A program made the position numbers and the translations under genes. A stretch of 62,033 bases of DNA, the filler included, from Hausera hauseri (taxonomy: Eukaryota): the NCBI GenBank assembly GCA_046269625.1. It is 12 parts of 12 records of this genome, joined end to end, with 100 filler letters (N's around TTAATTAATTAA, not from the genome) between each part and the next. Parts side by side here need not be neighbours in the genome. Positions count along the whole stretch, not along the records: positions 12,966 to 17,364 come from JBJURY010600444.1; positions 17,465 to 22,485 come from JBJURY010359265.1; positions 22,586 to 28,260 come from JBJURY010208633.1; 9 more parts are not named here. One strand, 5' to 3'. Positions 12,966-25,500 of this stretch are shown piece after piece. The notes under the pieces were generated by a model, which did no database searches, had not been told where the DNA came from, and saw only the letters and a list, made by a program, of their open reading frames with translations. Position 1 is the first letter of the stretch, and each line of letters opens with the position of its first letter.

Positions 12966-15945
12966 CTCATGGGATCCATTTTTTACTTGATGGAGGACAG
13001 CACCTGCAGCTGTTTTGGATGCGTCCGTGGTTAAGAGGAGTTCTGTATGGGAGTCTGGATAGGCCAAGATTTCTGCGGTTTTTAAATTGTTTTTGAGGTG
13101 ATTGAAAGCGTTGACTAGTTTGGCGGTCCATTGAATAGGCTGTTTTTTTTGCGAGAGCTTAATGAAGCAAATAAAGCGGTTAGAGTGGAGCATGTGGAAC
13201 ATACTTATGAATAAAGTGCAAGGTTCTGAGAAAAGAACGTATCTATGTTGATATACGTGGTAGCTGTATGTTTTTTAGCTGTGGAATGCTGTCTGCTAAG
13301 GCGAATATCCGGAGGAGCTAATAACATGTCCTAGGAAATTGACCTCATGTTGAAAAAGAGCATTTGGAGAAATTAATTCGCAAGTTGTTTTGGTGCAAGC
13401 GCTGGAAGATCAAACGTAAGTGTTTAAAGTGTTGTTTCAAGGAGGATGGTGCAATTAAGATATTATCAATATATGGATAAACGAAGTCTCAACATGATAG
13501 GACTGTATCTATATGACCTTGGAAGGTCTGAGAAGCGCTACGGAGTTTATAAAAAGGTATTCGAAAAGGCCGAAGGGTGTAATGACAGCCGTTTTCGGAA
13601 TGTCTGCCGGGGCCACCGGAAGTTTATGGTATGCTTTGTGTAAATCAATACAGGAGAAGATGGTCGCACCATGGAGCCTGTGAAGGATATCGTTGATTAA
13701 TGGTAGAGGGTAGGCATCCATTGTTTTTATAGTGTTGAGTTGGCGGTAATCACCGCATGAGCGAAAGGTACCATCTTTTTTGAAACAACATGCAGTGGTG
13801 AAGACCAGGGAGATTTGGATCTTCTGATTATGCCTGATCTTTCCAGTTCGAGAAACTTAGCCTCCACTGCCTGTCTTCGACGAGGCAATAACGGACGGAC
13901 ATTTTGACGTATTGGTCTCTGATGTGCTGTTACTATGTGATGGAAGGTGGATTGAGGTGGTAAGAATAATTTGTCCTTGTGCAACAAAAGCATGCAGGAC
14001 TATGAAATATATTGCTGTAGATCAGAAGGCAATGATTGCAGATTATTCGATAGTGTCAATGCATCGTAACTAGATGCAGTTGACGTATGAGTTATAGACG
14101 AAGTGTTGTGACTGGGTGGTATTTGGTGCAAAATGTTCGTGTTGAAGATTGTGTTGGCAGCTGTGATATTAGTAATAGGTGCCACGCAGTTGGCAATATC
14201 GTATTTTTACCGTAGTAAAAATTTCTGTATAATGAGTGATTATAAAAATAATTTAAATCGGAAGTCGTTTTCTTCAGTATTGACTTTCTGGAAGCGATCG
14301 CCCGGTTGGTCACCAAAATGCTGGTAATTTGATTAAGATTATTTCCGCACTTTAAGGAACATCGTTTACAATCTACATATAAATTGTAGTGGGACAGAAA
14401 GTCTAAACCCAATATAGGTGTGCGTACATTGGCTACTGTAAATTTCCATGTGAATGTGTTTGGAAAGTGTGGAAGAGTGAACGTTAATTTAGTAACTCAA
14501 AAAATTTTGTAAAGCTTCACCGGACACAGTGAACAGTTGCTTTTTTGAGGTGAAATTGTTTTGGATGTGTTGTATTGGTGGCAGTAGAGAGATTGCTGCG
14601 TCAGTGTCTATAAGAAAGTTAATGCTTTGCTGTGTTAGAGTGATGACTGCTGCTTCCAACGTGAATACAGCAAAAGAAATGTGTCGGCTATCTTTCTGCA
14701 GGTTGGTGCCTTTGCTATGACTTGCCGTGTGTCCTAGCGGCGAAATCTGGTTTTTGTAGCTGGTGAGTTTGGCCTACTGTTTTGTGTGAACTTAGTAGTG
14801 TTGGTTTTATTGTGTGTGTTGTAGTTACAGCCAGGTAGGCATTTTTGTGCTTTTGTGCCAAATTTTGAGTGATAGATGCAAACGATGTTGCTTTTATTAA
14901 AATCAGGGGAGTATAATTTACAACCAATGCAGCATTTCTGAGCATTGCTACCAAATTTGCTATGATAATAGCCAATAGATAACCGCACGGGCGAAGGCGA
15001 CCGTCTCTAACGTTGATTATATACATTAGAAGAAACAGCCTTAGAAAAACTCTGTCGAGGCAGCGTTAATTTGTTTAATTTTTCGTTTATGTTGTTAATC
15101 GTCTTCTGTAACATTTCATTTTCTGTACGTAATTGCGCAATTTGTTGCTTCACCATTGCATTTTGTTAATGTTGGTCTGTTGTTAAAGCTGCAGAGACAG
15201 TTGGTGTTGTGTATGAGTGCAGTACTTCATATGCTTTGTCCGCCAGTTCGGCTAGCTTGTCCAGAGCCGTGGAGTCTTCAACGACAGTAAGCAAAGCTCT
15301 TATTTGAAGGGGCAATGTATTTAAAAAATAGTGGCGAATAAGTTCTGGGCTATGCTCATGTTACGCCAAGGGTGTTGAGATGAAACAAAGATGTGCGCAA
15401 GAATTTAGAAGGCTTCTGAAGGCCCATGGCGTTGTCGTTGAAGAATCTTTGAATGATTGAGTCGACTGACGGCTCAGTAAGCTTGAGAACTGCATTATAA
15501 AGTTGAGTATATGGGTCAGTGTGATGAAGGATGTCGATAATATTGGTAATTTTAGTTTTGATTGAAGCTGGTAAATGAAAAAATAGGCTGTTGGCTTTGG
15601 ATAAAGAGTCGACGACGTTTTGTGATTGGAGCCAGAAATGGTGCAGTTTTAGCCAAGTTTGAGTAGAGTTTTGCTTGTCGAGGAAGTATTTTGTGCAGGG
15701 TGAATGAGTGGGTAGTGTGTGTTGTGTCAAAGTGTTTGAAGCACTTTGTTTGGGTAAGTAAGTGATAGAGATCTGTGGTTTTGTGGGTTTGTTATTTAAC
15801 AAAAGGGAAATAAAATACGGAGATCGTGTGTCCGTGGCGTGTTGTGAAGCGGCAACGAAAGGTGCCGTCTGACCCAATGGTGCAGGGTGGGCGGCCGGGG
15901 CCTTAGCTTCGCCGCGGCGGGTCTCGAATTTCTGGGTAACCTAAA
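12966..15945 (-). mobile_element. CsRn1/Kabuki-clade-like Ty3/gypsy element copy 1 (leader, gag, protease, RT, start of RNase H), degenerate
   Basis: Gag with CHCC-type motifs (CIYHSKFGTKAQKCLPGC). Protease FLIDT and GLDFL. RT SPWSSPLH, AYPLP, FSCIDLHKAYH, KTAVITPFGLFEY. RNase H TTDASKTAAGAVLHQ. Confidence 0.92.
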
Positions 15946-16439
15946 TCCTTGCATGTAGCGTTTCCCCATCAGTTGTTCTGGCATTTATTATTTCTGATAC
16001 AAGGAGGTTGTAAGCACTCGACGTATTGACATGTTTTGATGAAATATATCTTCGCACAGCATGAACAACGCGACTGTAGAGTTTTCTGAGTATCCCCGTT
16101 TAGAGGTCATTAGGTGACAACAGGATGAATATATTCCGCAAATTATTCCTCGACTCATGAGAGACAATATCTTTGAGGCAAGAGTTGAAAAAAACTAATT
16201 GCTTGACAACGATGATACCTCGAAAATATTCCCAAATGTTTTTTATCGAATGTGTGTAGCGATTGCGACAACGTTTGTTTAATTGTTTAACAGGCGCTGG
16301 TGATTGTCGACGTTTATTCGACCAAAACAATTTTTTCGTTTCGGTCTTTATCACCGCTCGAATGTCAGCTACTTATTTGGACGAGTCTGAACCGTATTAA
16401 ACGGAGAGAATAAAATGTTTTTGGTGGAGAATGATGCCC

Positions 16440-16718
16440 AGTTCTTTATTGATTTCGTCTTCGATTAAACTTAGGCTAATTTGCCGTAGAGCCTTTTCAC
16501 AAGCCGAAGCAGTCGATTGCACAGTCTGTAATTCATCTTCGGTCGGAAAGATCAAACCATGTTTGGACAACACGTGTTTGTCGTCCAACGTATCAAATGA
16601 AGATCGTTTTCTCATCGACTGACCACTTTCCATTCCGTACAAATTTGGATTCGGTACGTTGGAATATTCCAAGCTTTGCATCTCACTCATTCTCGGGGTG
16701 GTGCAGTCTTCCCGTTTT
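16440..16718 (-). pseudogene. Isolated fragment of a ZFR/ILF3-family protein (start of the DZF domain)
   Basis: DTLDDKHVLSKHGLIFPTEDELQTVQSTASACEKALRQISLSL matches the ZFR pattern [23 protein letters not shown]...ERALKLVSD. Similarity stops without a GT donor. Confidence 0.7.
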
Positions 16719-17495
16719 CTATCTACTCACTATTATTTCTTCTGTCAACATTTGAGTGTTCATTTTGTACGTTTTGTGCGATTTGAATAAGGACAAAATA
16801 ATGCGAAACACTTCCTTATATAGTTTTGACGAACCACTTCTTTTATAAGCAAATTGTCTAAAACTATTAAAACATGGTAAATTTTCAATGAATGCATAAT
16901 TGTTGGTGTGCACGCACATCAAAAAAATAAAATCACACATTCTTTTTCTGAGATACACATTCACACACATTAGTAGATGAAAAATGAGAGTTCTGGCCCA
17001 AAGGCATATACCCCCTTTGAATCGATGCGTTTAAACAAAAATTAATTTCACGAATTGATAATTCGGTACTTATTTTTATCCCCCGATTGGGTGAATCCGT
17101 GATTATATAGTATTCCGTATTGGGTAAATCCGAAATTAGTACTTTTCCCGGATTTGGTGAATTCGTAATTATTTCTTTTTATCCCGCAAATGTCACATTT
17201 TATTAGTGTTTTTAAAAATGTCTTTGGCCGATGGTAATCATTCAATCGACACATACATTGCGCTGCTCAAAGTTAAGTATTTAATTTAATTAAATGAATT
17301 TACAAATATTTTAGGAAACTGTTAAGAAAATGAAAGATAATTTAATTGTAATGAATGGGTATGANNNNNNNNNNNNNNNNNNNNNNNNNNNNNNNNNNNN
17401 NNNNNNNNTTAATTAATTAANNNNNNNNNNNNNNNNNNNNNNNNNNNNNNNNNNNNNNNNNNNNATTACTCTATGCATATAGTACTTTTAATAGT

Positions 17496-17615
17496 GAATC
17501 CGTGAAATGTTTATTTTCTCTCCTTGCCTCATATTTTCATCCTCAGCATTTTCTGATTGTACATATGAAATTCTGATGACATTATTTATGTACATGAATA
17601 TTGTCTGTCCGAAAC
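17496..17615. repeat. Dispersed ~120-bp partly palindromic repeat (second copy 51522-51630)
   Basis: GAATCCGTGAAAT...CATCCTCAG.ATTTTCTGATTGTA.ATATGAAAT is shared between two contigs. Confidence 0.8.
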
Positions 17616-17847
17616 GTAAATACAAACGAATTTTGTACTTCAATAGGCAACGGAAATCTGGGCGTCATCAATCATTATAATTCTATTGAATGACCCAAAA
17701 TCTCAATCATCATTAATTTATTCAAACACCATACAAAAACGTATATGAATAACTTGTATGTTCAGTGAAATGTCGAATAGTGAACGAATCGTGGTCGTGT
17801 TATTTCTGACAACTCAAATCTAATATTCGCATAAGTATGTAAAATAA

Positions 17848-19270
17848 GGGTGTGACTTTTCCAATTTTTGGTGAAGTTTGATTCGGCCATGACTTTACAA
17901 TATGAGACCTAACCCAAGCATTACTTTGTAAGTTTGGCATTCACTTTTCTTTCAGAAATCTCCCAAAGTAACAAAAAGAAATTTTTAAAAGCCAGACATG
18001 TAATTATGAACACAATCACTAGACTTCATCGCAAATTAAACAACATCATTACGTAGGGTAAAACGGTTGTTCGTATTGTAATATCTGAAAATCGCCTTTA
18101 TGAACAAATTCTGAAGCTCCTCGGCATCAAATGGATTTTAAAGGAAATTTTCGCATTGCAATATTCTGGTACGGCCTTTTCCAAACTTTGTATATAAAAT
18201 AGGGTTTGGTTTGCAAACCATGCATTTATCCACACATCAGAAATGAACCAACAAATGGGAATTATCTGTTCTCGTTGATTTGGTAGCAGGATGAAAGGCA
18301 AATTCGGAAATATTGCCCTGGAGTTCCATCAAACATTACTCAAACTTGGTAGTGCTGTGAATTGTATGAATAGGAATTCAATTTTGTCCAAATAAAACCG
18401 AATTTACTGACCAACCTCTAGCAAAAATGGCATGTCATCTTTTCGACCGATATCATCGCGATTTACAGATGATTATTATTATTAGATTGGATGAATTTCT
18501 TTTTCAATGGGTCACAAATTTTTGATAATTTTATCAACAAACGCATAGCTGATGTTAATAGAATGATTTCATCTTCTAAGGGTTCATCCATCACAAACTA
18601 AAGTATTAATGTAGTGTTGACAGCCATCATTTTGGGGAGCTTGTAGACTTTGTAAATTTAAAACACCGTCATTTCGTTAACCGGCGTTTACGGCAGTTGT
18701 GTCGCAAATCGGCATTTTTATTTCTGGCTGTCATTCATAATAATCCAGTGTTTCTTTTATGCTAGTTGAAACTGTTTGAGCTCGACAATTTTCTATAGAC
18801 AGCACTCTTAACCGATTTTCCTTTCTGTCACTTTTCAATACCATAAGTTGACATTCTTTATACATTTTTTCATTCTGAACTTCACTTTTTTCGGCTGCTT
18901 TGAAATTTGCTTTGCACATGCTTCGTAGATCAATGCTTTCTGTGAAAGTAACTTGCAAATATTTGAAGCTTTTGTTGAGCTCAAATTAACGTGCTTTACT
19001 AAAGCCATAGCACTTCTTGTTGAATGGTGGCATTGTTGTGCAATCTTCAATATTTTTGGAGCTTCGTATTTATCCTCGTTGACATTGCTTTCTTCAGATG
19101 TTGCTGAGCTGTGGTAGTTAGTTTCCTCTGATAATTTGCTGCAGGATTCTCAATTTAGATGGATGCAAATGACTTAATCTTCCTGAACAAGGATTTATTT
19201 GTTATTGCAACAAAATCCAGCCTGATCCACAATTGAACTAATTCTTGAGCAATCACTTGAAATCTTGACT
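17848..19270 (-). mobile_element. Highly decayed putative DNA transposase remnant
   Basis: Broken ORFs ending WFISDVWINAWF...DAEELQNL...LPY loosely resemble the C-terminus of the transposase at 50.5-51 kb. GGG-type possible terminus at 17848. Confidence 0.3.
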
Positions 19271-19498
19271 TTATACTTTTCATTCGTTCCGCTAAAGTAT
19301 TAAATATCGCACAAATTTACCAACGACCCTTTCATGTATGTTACAGCCATACTTCTTTTGATAACTTTGTGAAACGGTACCCAATTTTCTGACCATACTT
19401 TGAAAATTGTTTTTTTTTGTATTTTACGTTGAAATAAATAACAAATTTTTGCAATTGCCAGTCAATTTATTGATAAACACAAACAACATTAACAAATG

Positions 19499-20240
19499 TT
19501 ATACTAATTGATATCGAATCCATGAATCAGATGAATTTGCAAATCTCAATGGCAATGACTGATCTGTATAAATGTTCAACATGCAGCTATTTGTACTTAT
19601 TTGCATGAAGGCACTTTTACAATATGGCTGCCTGTTCAAACATCTAAAAATTGCGACATTTTGTTAAGCATCAATACATTTCTTACTTAAAAGCACAATC
19701 CATTGTCGAAACGACAGCATATATCTCTGATTTGCCTTCATCAGCATCATTATTGACAACCATAATCAACGGTGAAAACATAATCCCTGATGGTTTAATT
19801 TGATCCAATACACAAATGACATCTGCAGAATACAACTGACTACACAGTAAATCTGCTAAGCCAACCAATGTCGAGACCCATTACAACACGCAATCTTGGC
19901 CAGGACTGCCATTATTTGGTTCATTGTAGATCCAGTTTTGAGTCTGTGTAAATATTGTTCCATCAAAATTCAGCCATCCATTTTTATTTGTGTATCGTTC
20001 ATTGACCAAATCTGATATTCCTACATAAAAATTGTTATTCATCCAATTCAGCTGTTTTATGTTATCCAAATCTGGTCCATTGGGTAATTGACCATTCATA
20101 GTTTCACAATATTGTGCAGCATCCCATACAGTCATTGATGTTGTTAAATTTCTTTTATAATATGTTTTACCATTAATAATCGATGTGTCTGCATTGGATA
20201 ACCCAACTAAACAAACAAACATAAAAACAAAGTCAATCAT
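19499..20240 (-). pseudogene. Secreted C-type lectin + PAN/apple-like domain gene, with an in-frame premature TAA (19883-19881); exons 20240-19687 and 19643-19499
   Basis: Signal peptide MIDFVFMFVCLVGLSNA; AAQYC, YVGISD, WIYNEPNN, DCV. 43-bp GT-AG intron 19686-19644. Exon 2 CLNRQPYCKS...CML. Paralogous to the adjacent gene with the same intron position. Confidence 0.8.
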
Positions 20241-20793
20241 AAATGAAATTAGAATGGTTAAAAAAGCGAAATCGTCATATTTTATTCAACGTCTAATAAA
20301 CTATTTGTACTGTCAACATGGCTACTTATTATTATGGTCAAATAAGAATAACGCATGGCTACACAACAACAATTATCTTCATGGATGATTGGAGGGTTGT
20401 GCAGAATGATGTCTTTACCAGTAAAATGACATTATTCCTTTCATATTTCTTTACTCGGATATAATAATAATACAAATATGAGTTTGTTAGGCTTATACGG
20501 ATTATTATCCATGTAAATTTGTCAATAAAACTGATCAATGAAACTAGAATTGTCCGTGAGATGTCCTTCCATAATTCATGTCTACCTGACAATAACATGA
20601 GTATCATTCATGGAGTTTAAATAAAAATGGATGACTCATATTCAACAGAACAAATCATACATACCATGTAAAGTAAAATACATATTTTGTAATAACTGAA
20701 ACTGATATGCGATTTGTTAGTGATGAGACCAGTCAATTTTGAGTATTACCAGTAATAAATTCCGACAAAATGTATCATTAGTAATTGAAATCA

Positions 20794-21558
20794 ATGTCAA
20801 AGTGGACAAGTTGGACATTTTATCGTGTATCATGGATATTACTCATGATTCCAGTAAATATTTGTGGGGCAGTCAAATACGAGATGATCAATGGGAAAAC
20901 GTATCATCGGAGAGAAGAAGTAAGGGAAATCACGGCCATGGATGGAGCACGATATTGTGAACAGGTCAATGGTCATTTGCCTTATGGGTATGAGCTAAAT
21001 GATATTGTATCATTGAATTGGGGTAATATGAAATTTTGGGTTGGTGTGTCAGATTTGCTGTATGAACGACACGTGAGTAGGTCTGGTTGGCTGAATTATG
21101 ATGGTACTGAATACAGAGAACAGAGTTGGTGCAATGATGAACCAAATGATTATAATGGAGAGCAGGACTGTACAATTCATTGGCCATCTTGTATGTTAAT
21201 GGATTACAATTGTATATCTGTCCAGGAGGCTGATGTTATATGCACCATCAATTTGATGAGTAAACAACATTCATTTTCATTTATTCTGTCGAATATGGTA
21301 ATCAATAATGACCCCAGTGAAGGGGATACTGAAATAATTGACCATTTGTCTTTGATGCAATGTTCCATCAGGTTTGTTGATAATATGAATAAATGAGGCG
21401 TTCATTTGTAATGCAGATGTTTCAACAGGCAGCAATATTGTAAGGGTATTTATTACGAAAATGTTACTGAAACGTGTATGTTGTCAATATATGTGGACCA
21501 GTCGTTGCCTAAACGGCTAACAAACAATCCAAATTGGAAACGTTACTACATGCAGTAG
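20794..21558 (+). CDS. C-type lectin (EPN motif) + PAN/apple-like domain protein; exons 20794-21371 and 21417-21558
   Basis: Hydrophobic leader; GARYC, FWVGVSD, WCNDEPND, DC..HW..C.LMDYNC. 45-bp GT-AG intron 21372-21416. Exon 2 CFNRQQYCKGIYY...CML, TAG at 21556-21558, AATAAA about 35 nt downstream. Confidence 0.88.
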
Positions 21559-21829
21559 CTGGATTTAATGGTTACCATATTTGTTTTATGATGAATAAAG
21601 GACTTATATTATTGCTATCTTTGTTCTGGAATTTGCATACTTAGAATGTGTTCATTATAGTTAATCCACTAAAATATGGGAATGTATAATATTTGTGCAT
21701 TAGCTATTTAAAATAATTGTCTTGCTCGCATTGACCACACTTATAAAATTTCAGTGAACATTGATAACAATTTTTTACGTCAACCCGATATATTTAGAGG
21801 TTAATTTGACGCGTGTCATAGCAATACTA

Positions 21830-22485
21830 AACAAGCACCGTAGAAATCGAAATAACAGGGGAAGAGCTAACGGAGGAATTGACGATCCACTGTGGTGACC
21901 ATCCGGAGATGAGAAAGGAAATCTACCACAGTGATAAAAAAGCGTAGAACAAATCAAAGGGAAAATACAGAAAGTTCACGAAGTGGCAGCAAAGGCGGAA
22001 GAGATAAACACAGTCAGAGAATACACTAAAGATGGTCGACGGAGTTATTGAGATGTGGTGGTGCACAAATTTGACAAACCAAGACAGGAAAGAATGGATT
22101 TCAAACTACACAATGCGCAGGCAAAGAGGATGGTGAAATGCTGGTCGTGCCAGAAAGACGGAAGAAATGATAAAGCAGTGTCACGTCATGTTATCCCATG
22201 CCGGAATAGGAAAAGTAACAAAATACATAAGCAGTAACTACGATATGAGAAAGATGAAAGACAGCGTCAAGGGAGTGATTGGACGCTGTGAGACGTGTCA
22301 GCGAAACAAGACTCTGACAACGGGTACGAAGGAAGAGACCCTGAGACTCTGGGAAAACGAACCATTCAAGAAGATCTACATTGATATTTGCGGACCGTTA
22401 AAAGAAATCTGGAAGAAGAAAAAATACATATTGGCCATCATAGACCAGTTTAGTAGATATATATCACTATCGGCTATAGCAAAAC
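21830..22485 (+). mobile_element. Internally deleted Ty3/gypsy fragment (gag knuckle joined to integrase)
   Basis: KCWSCQKDG is followed directly by CHVMLSHAG...CETCQ and EPFKKIYIDICGP...IIDQFSRY. Confidence 0.8.
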
Positions 22486-22585
22486 NNNNNNNNNNNNNNN
22501 NNNNNNNNNNNNNNNNNNNNNNNNNNNNNTTAATTAATTAANNNNNNNNNNNNNNNNNNNNNNNNNNNNNNNNNNNNNNNNNNNN

Positions 22586-25500
22586 TTCGTTCGTCGTTCG
22601 TTTGTTTGTTCTTTCATTCGTTCGTTCGTTCGTTTGTTCGTTCGTTCGTTCATTCGTTCGTTCGTTCGTACGTTCGCTCTTTCGTCCGCTCGTCCGTTCG
22701 ATCTTTCGTCCGTTCGTACCTCCTTTCCTTCGTTCGTTCTTTTGTTCTTTCGTCCCTTCTTTCGTTCATTCTTTCGTTCTTTCGTTCGTTCATTCATTCT
22801 TTCTTTCGTTCGTTCGAACGTTCGTTCTTTCGTTCATTCTTTCCTTAGTTCGTTCGCTTGTTCCTTCATTTGTTCGATCCTTTGTGCGTCCGTTCGTTCT
22901 TTCGTTCGTTCTTTCTTTTGCTCGTTCCTTCGTTACTTCGTTCGTTCTTTAGACCATTCACTCTTTCTTTCGTTCGTTCGTTCGTTCGTTCGTTCTTTAG
23001 TTCGTTCGTTAGTTCGTTCGTTTGTTAATTCGTTTGTTCCTTCGTTAGTTCGCTCGTCTTTCGTTTGTTTGTTCTTTCATTCGTTCGTTCGTTCGTTTGT
23101 TTGTTCGTTCGTTCGGTTTTTCTCTCTTTCATTCGTTCTTTCGCTCGTTCGTTCTTTACTTCCTTCATTCTTTCTTTCGTTCCTTGGTTCGTTCGTTCGT
23201 TTGTTCATTCGTCCGATCGTTCGATCGTTCGTTCCTTCGTTCCTTCGTTCGTCCGTTCCTTCGTTCGTTTTATCGACCGATCTTTCGTTCTTTTGTTCCT
23301 TCCTTCATTCCTTCTTTCGTTCCTTCGTTAGTTCTTTCGATCATTCATTCTTTTGTTCGTTCCTTCGTCCGTTCGTTCCTTCCTTCGTTCGTTCGTTCGT
23401 TCGTTCTTTCGTTTGTTCGTTCGTTCATGCCTTCTTTCTTTCGTTCCTTCTTTCGTTCTTTCTTTCGTTCATTCGTTCGTTCTTTCGTTCTTTCCTTCGT
23501 TCTTTCTCTGGTTCTTCCGTCATTTCTTTCATTCGTTCGTTCCTTCTTTCGTTTGTTCCTTCGTTTTGTCATTCGTTCGTTTATTCTTTACTTCCTTCCT
23601 TCGTTAGTTCGTTCCTTCCTTCGTTCGTTCTTTCGATCATTCATTCTTTTGTTCGTTCGTTGGTTCTGTCGTTCTTTGGTTCGTTCTTTCTATCATTCTC
23701 TCTTTCTTTCCTTCCTTCCTTCGTTCCTTTGTTCGTTCCTTCCTTCTTTCGTTTGTTCGGTTATTCTTTCGTTCCTTCTTTTGTTTTTTCGTTCGTTCGG
23801 TCGTCCTTTCTTTCGTTCTTTCGTTCGTTTCTTCGTTCCTTCGTTCGATCGTTCTTTCGTTCTTTCGCTTGTTCGTTCGTTTTTGAGTCCGTTCTTTCGT
23901 TCGTTCCTTCGTTTGTTCATTCGTTCGTTCATTCACTCGTTAGTTCGTTCCTTCGTTCGTTCGTTCTTTTCTCGCTCTTTCCTTCGTTCGTTCGTTCGCT
24001 CTTATTTCGTTTGTTCGTTATTTCTTTCGTTCTTTCGTTCCTTGGATCGTTCGTTCGTTCGTTCTTTGGTTCAATCGTTCATTCCTTCGCTTGTTCGCTC
24101 GTTTGCTCGCTCGTTCCTTCTTTCGTTCGTTAATTCCATCTTCCGTTCTTTCTTTACTTCGGTCATTCGGTCGTTCGTTCTTTCTTTCGTTCGTTCTTTC
24201 TTTCGTTCGTTCGTTCATTCGGTCGTTCTTACATTCGTTTGTTCATTCTTTCCTTCGTTCCATCGTCCTTTCATTCGTTAATTCGTTTCTTCTTTCCTTC
24301 TTTCGTTCGCTCGTTCGTTCTTTTTTCGTTATTTCATTCCTTCGTTCGTTCGTTCATTCTCTCTCTCTTTCTATCGTTCGTTCGTTTGTTTTTTCTTTCT
24401 TTCTTTTGTTCGTTCATTCCTTCATTGTTGCGGTCCTTTTTTCCTTCGTTCATTCGTTCTTCCGTTCGTCCGTTCTTTCATTCGTTCCTTCGCTCCTTCT
24501 TTCGTTCATTTTTTCGCTCTTTCCTTCGTTCTTTCTTTCTATCTTTCATTCGTTCCTACGCTCATTTCTTCGTTTGTTCGTTCTTTCGTTCGTTCGTTCG
24601 TTCTTTCCTTCGATTGTTCGATCGTTCGTTCGTTCGGTCTTTCTCTCTTTCATTCGTTCTTTCGCTCGTTCGTTCTTTAGTTCCTTCATTCTTTCTTTCG
24701 TTTGGCGTTCGTTCGTTCGTTTGTTTCTCGTTCTTTCTTTCTTTTGTTCATTTTTTCCTTCTTTCTTTCATTCCCTCTTTCGTTCGTTCGGTCTTTCTTT
24801 CGTTCCTTGGTTCGTTCGTTCGTTCATTCGTTCGTCCGTTCGTTCCTTCGTTTTTTTGTTCCTTCGTTCCTTCGTTCCTTCTTTCGTTTTATTGATCATT
24901 CTTTTGTTCTTTTGTTCCTTCCTTCGTTCCTTCTTTCGTTTGTTCGTTTCTTCGTTCTTTCATTCTTTCCTTCGATCGTTCTTTCTTTCGTTCGTTCGTT
25001 CGATTTTAGTTCGTTCTCTCTTTCGTTCTTTCGTTCGTTCATTCGTTCTCTCTTTCATTCGTTCGTTCGTTCGTTCTTTCGTTCTATCGTTCGTTCGTTC
25101 GTTTGTTCGCTCGCTCGTTCTTTCTTTCGTTCGTTCAATCGTTCTTTCTTTCTTTCGTTCGTTTTATCCTTCTTTCTTTCATTCCTTCTTTCGTTCGTTC
25201 GTTCCTTCTTTCTTTCGTTCGTTCTTTCATTCTTTCTTTCATTCATTCCTTCGTTCGTTCGTTCGTTCTTTCGTTCTTTGGTTCGTTCGATTGTTTTTTA
25301 GTCCGTTCTCTCTTTCGTTCTTTCGTTCGTTTATTCGTTTTTTCTTTCGTTCGTTCGGTTTATCCTTCTTTCTTTCATTCCTTCTTTCGTTCGTTCGTTC
25401 CTTCTTTTATTCGTTTGTTCATTATTTTGTTCGTTCCGTCGTCCCTTCGTTCGTTAGTTCGTTCGTTCGTTCCTTCTTTCGTTCCTTCTTTCGTTCGTTC

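Noticed and set aside
16739-16750. TGTTGACAGAAG (minus) as a fourth Leu PBS before the ZFR fragment
   Set aside because: Two mismatches including the TGG, and no LTR end; compatible with chance.
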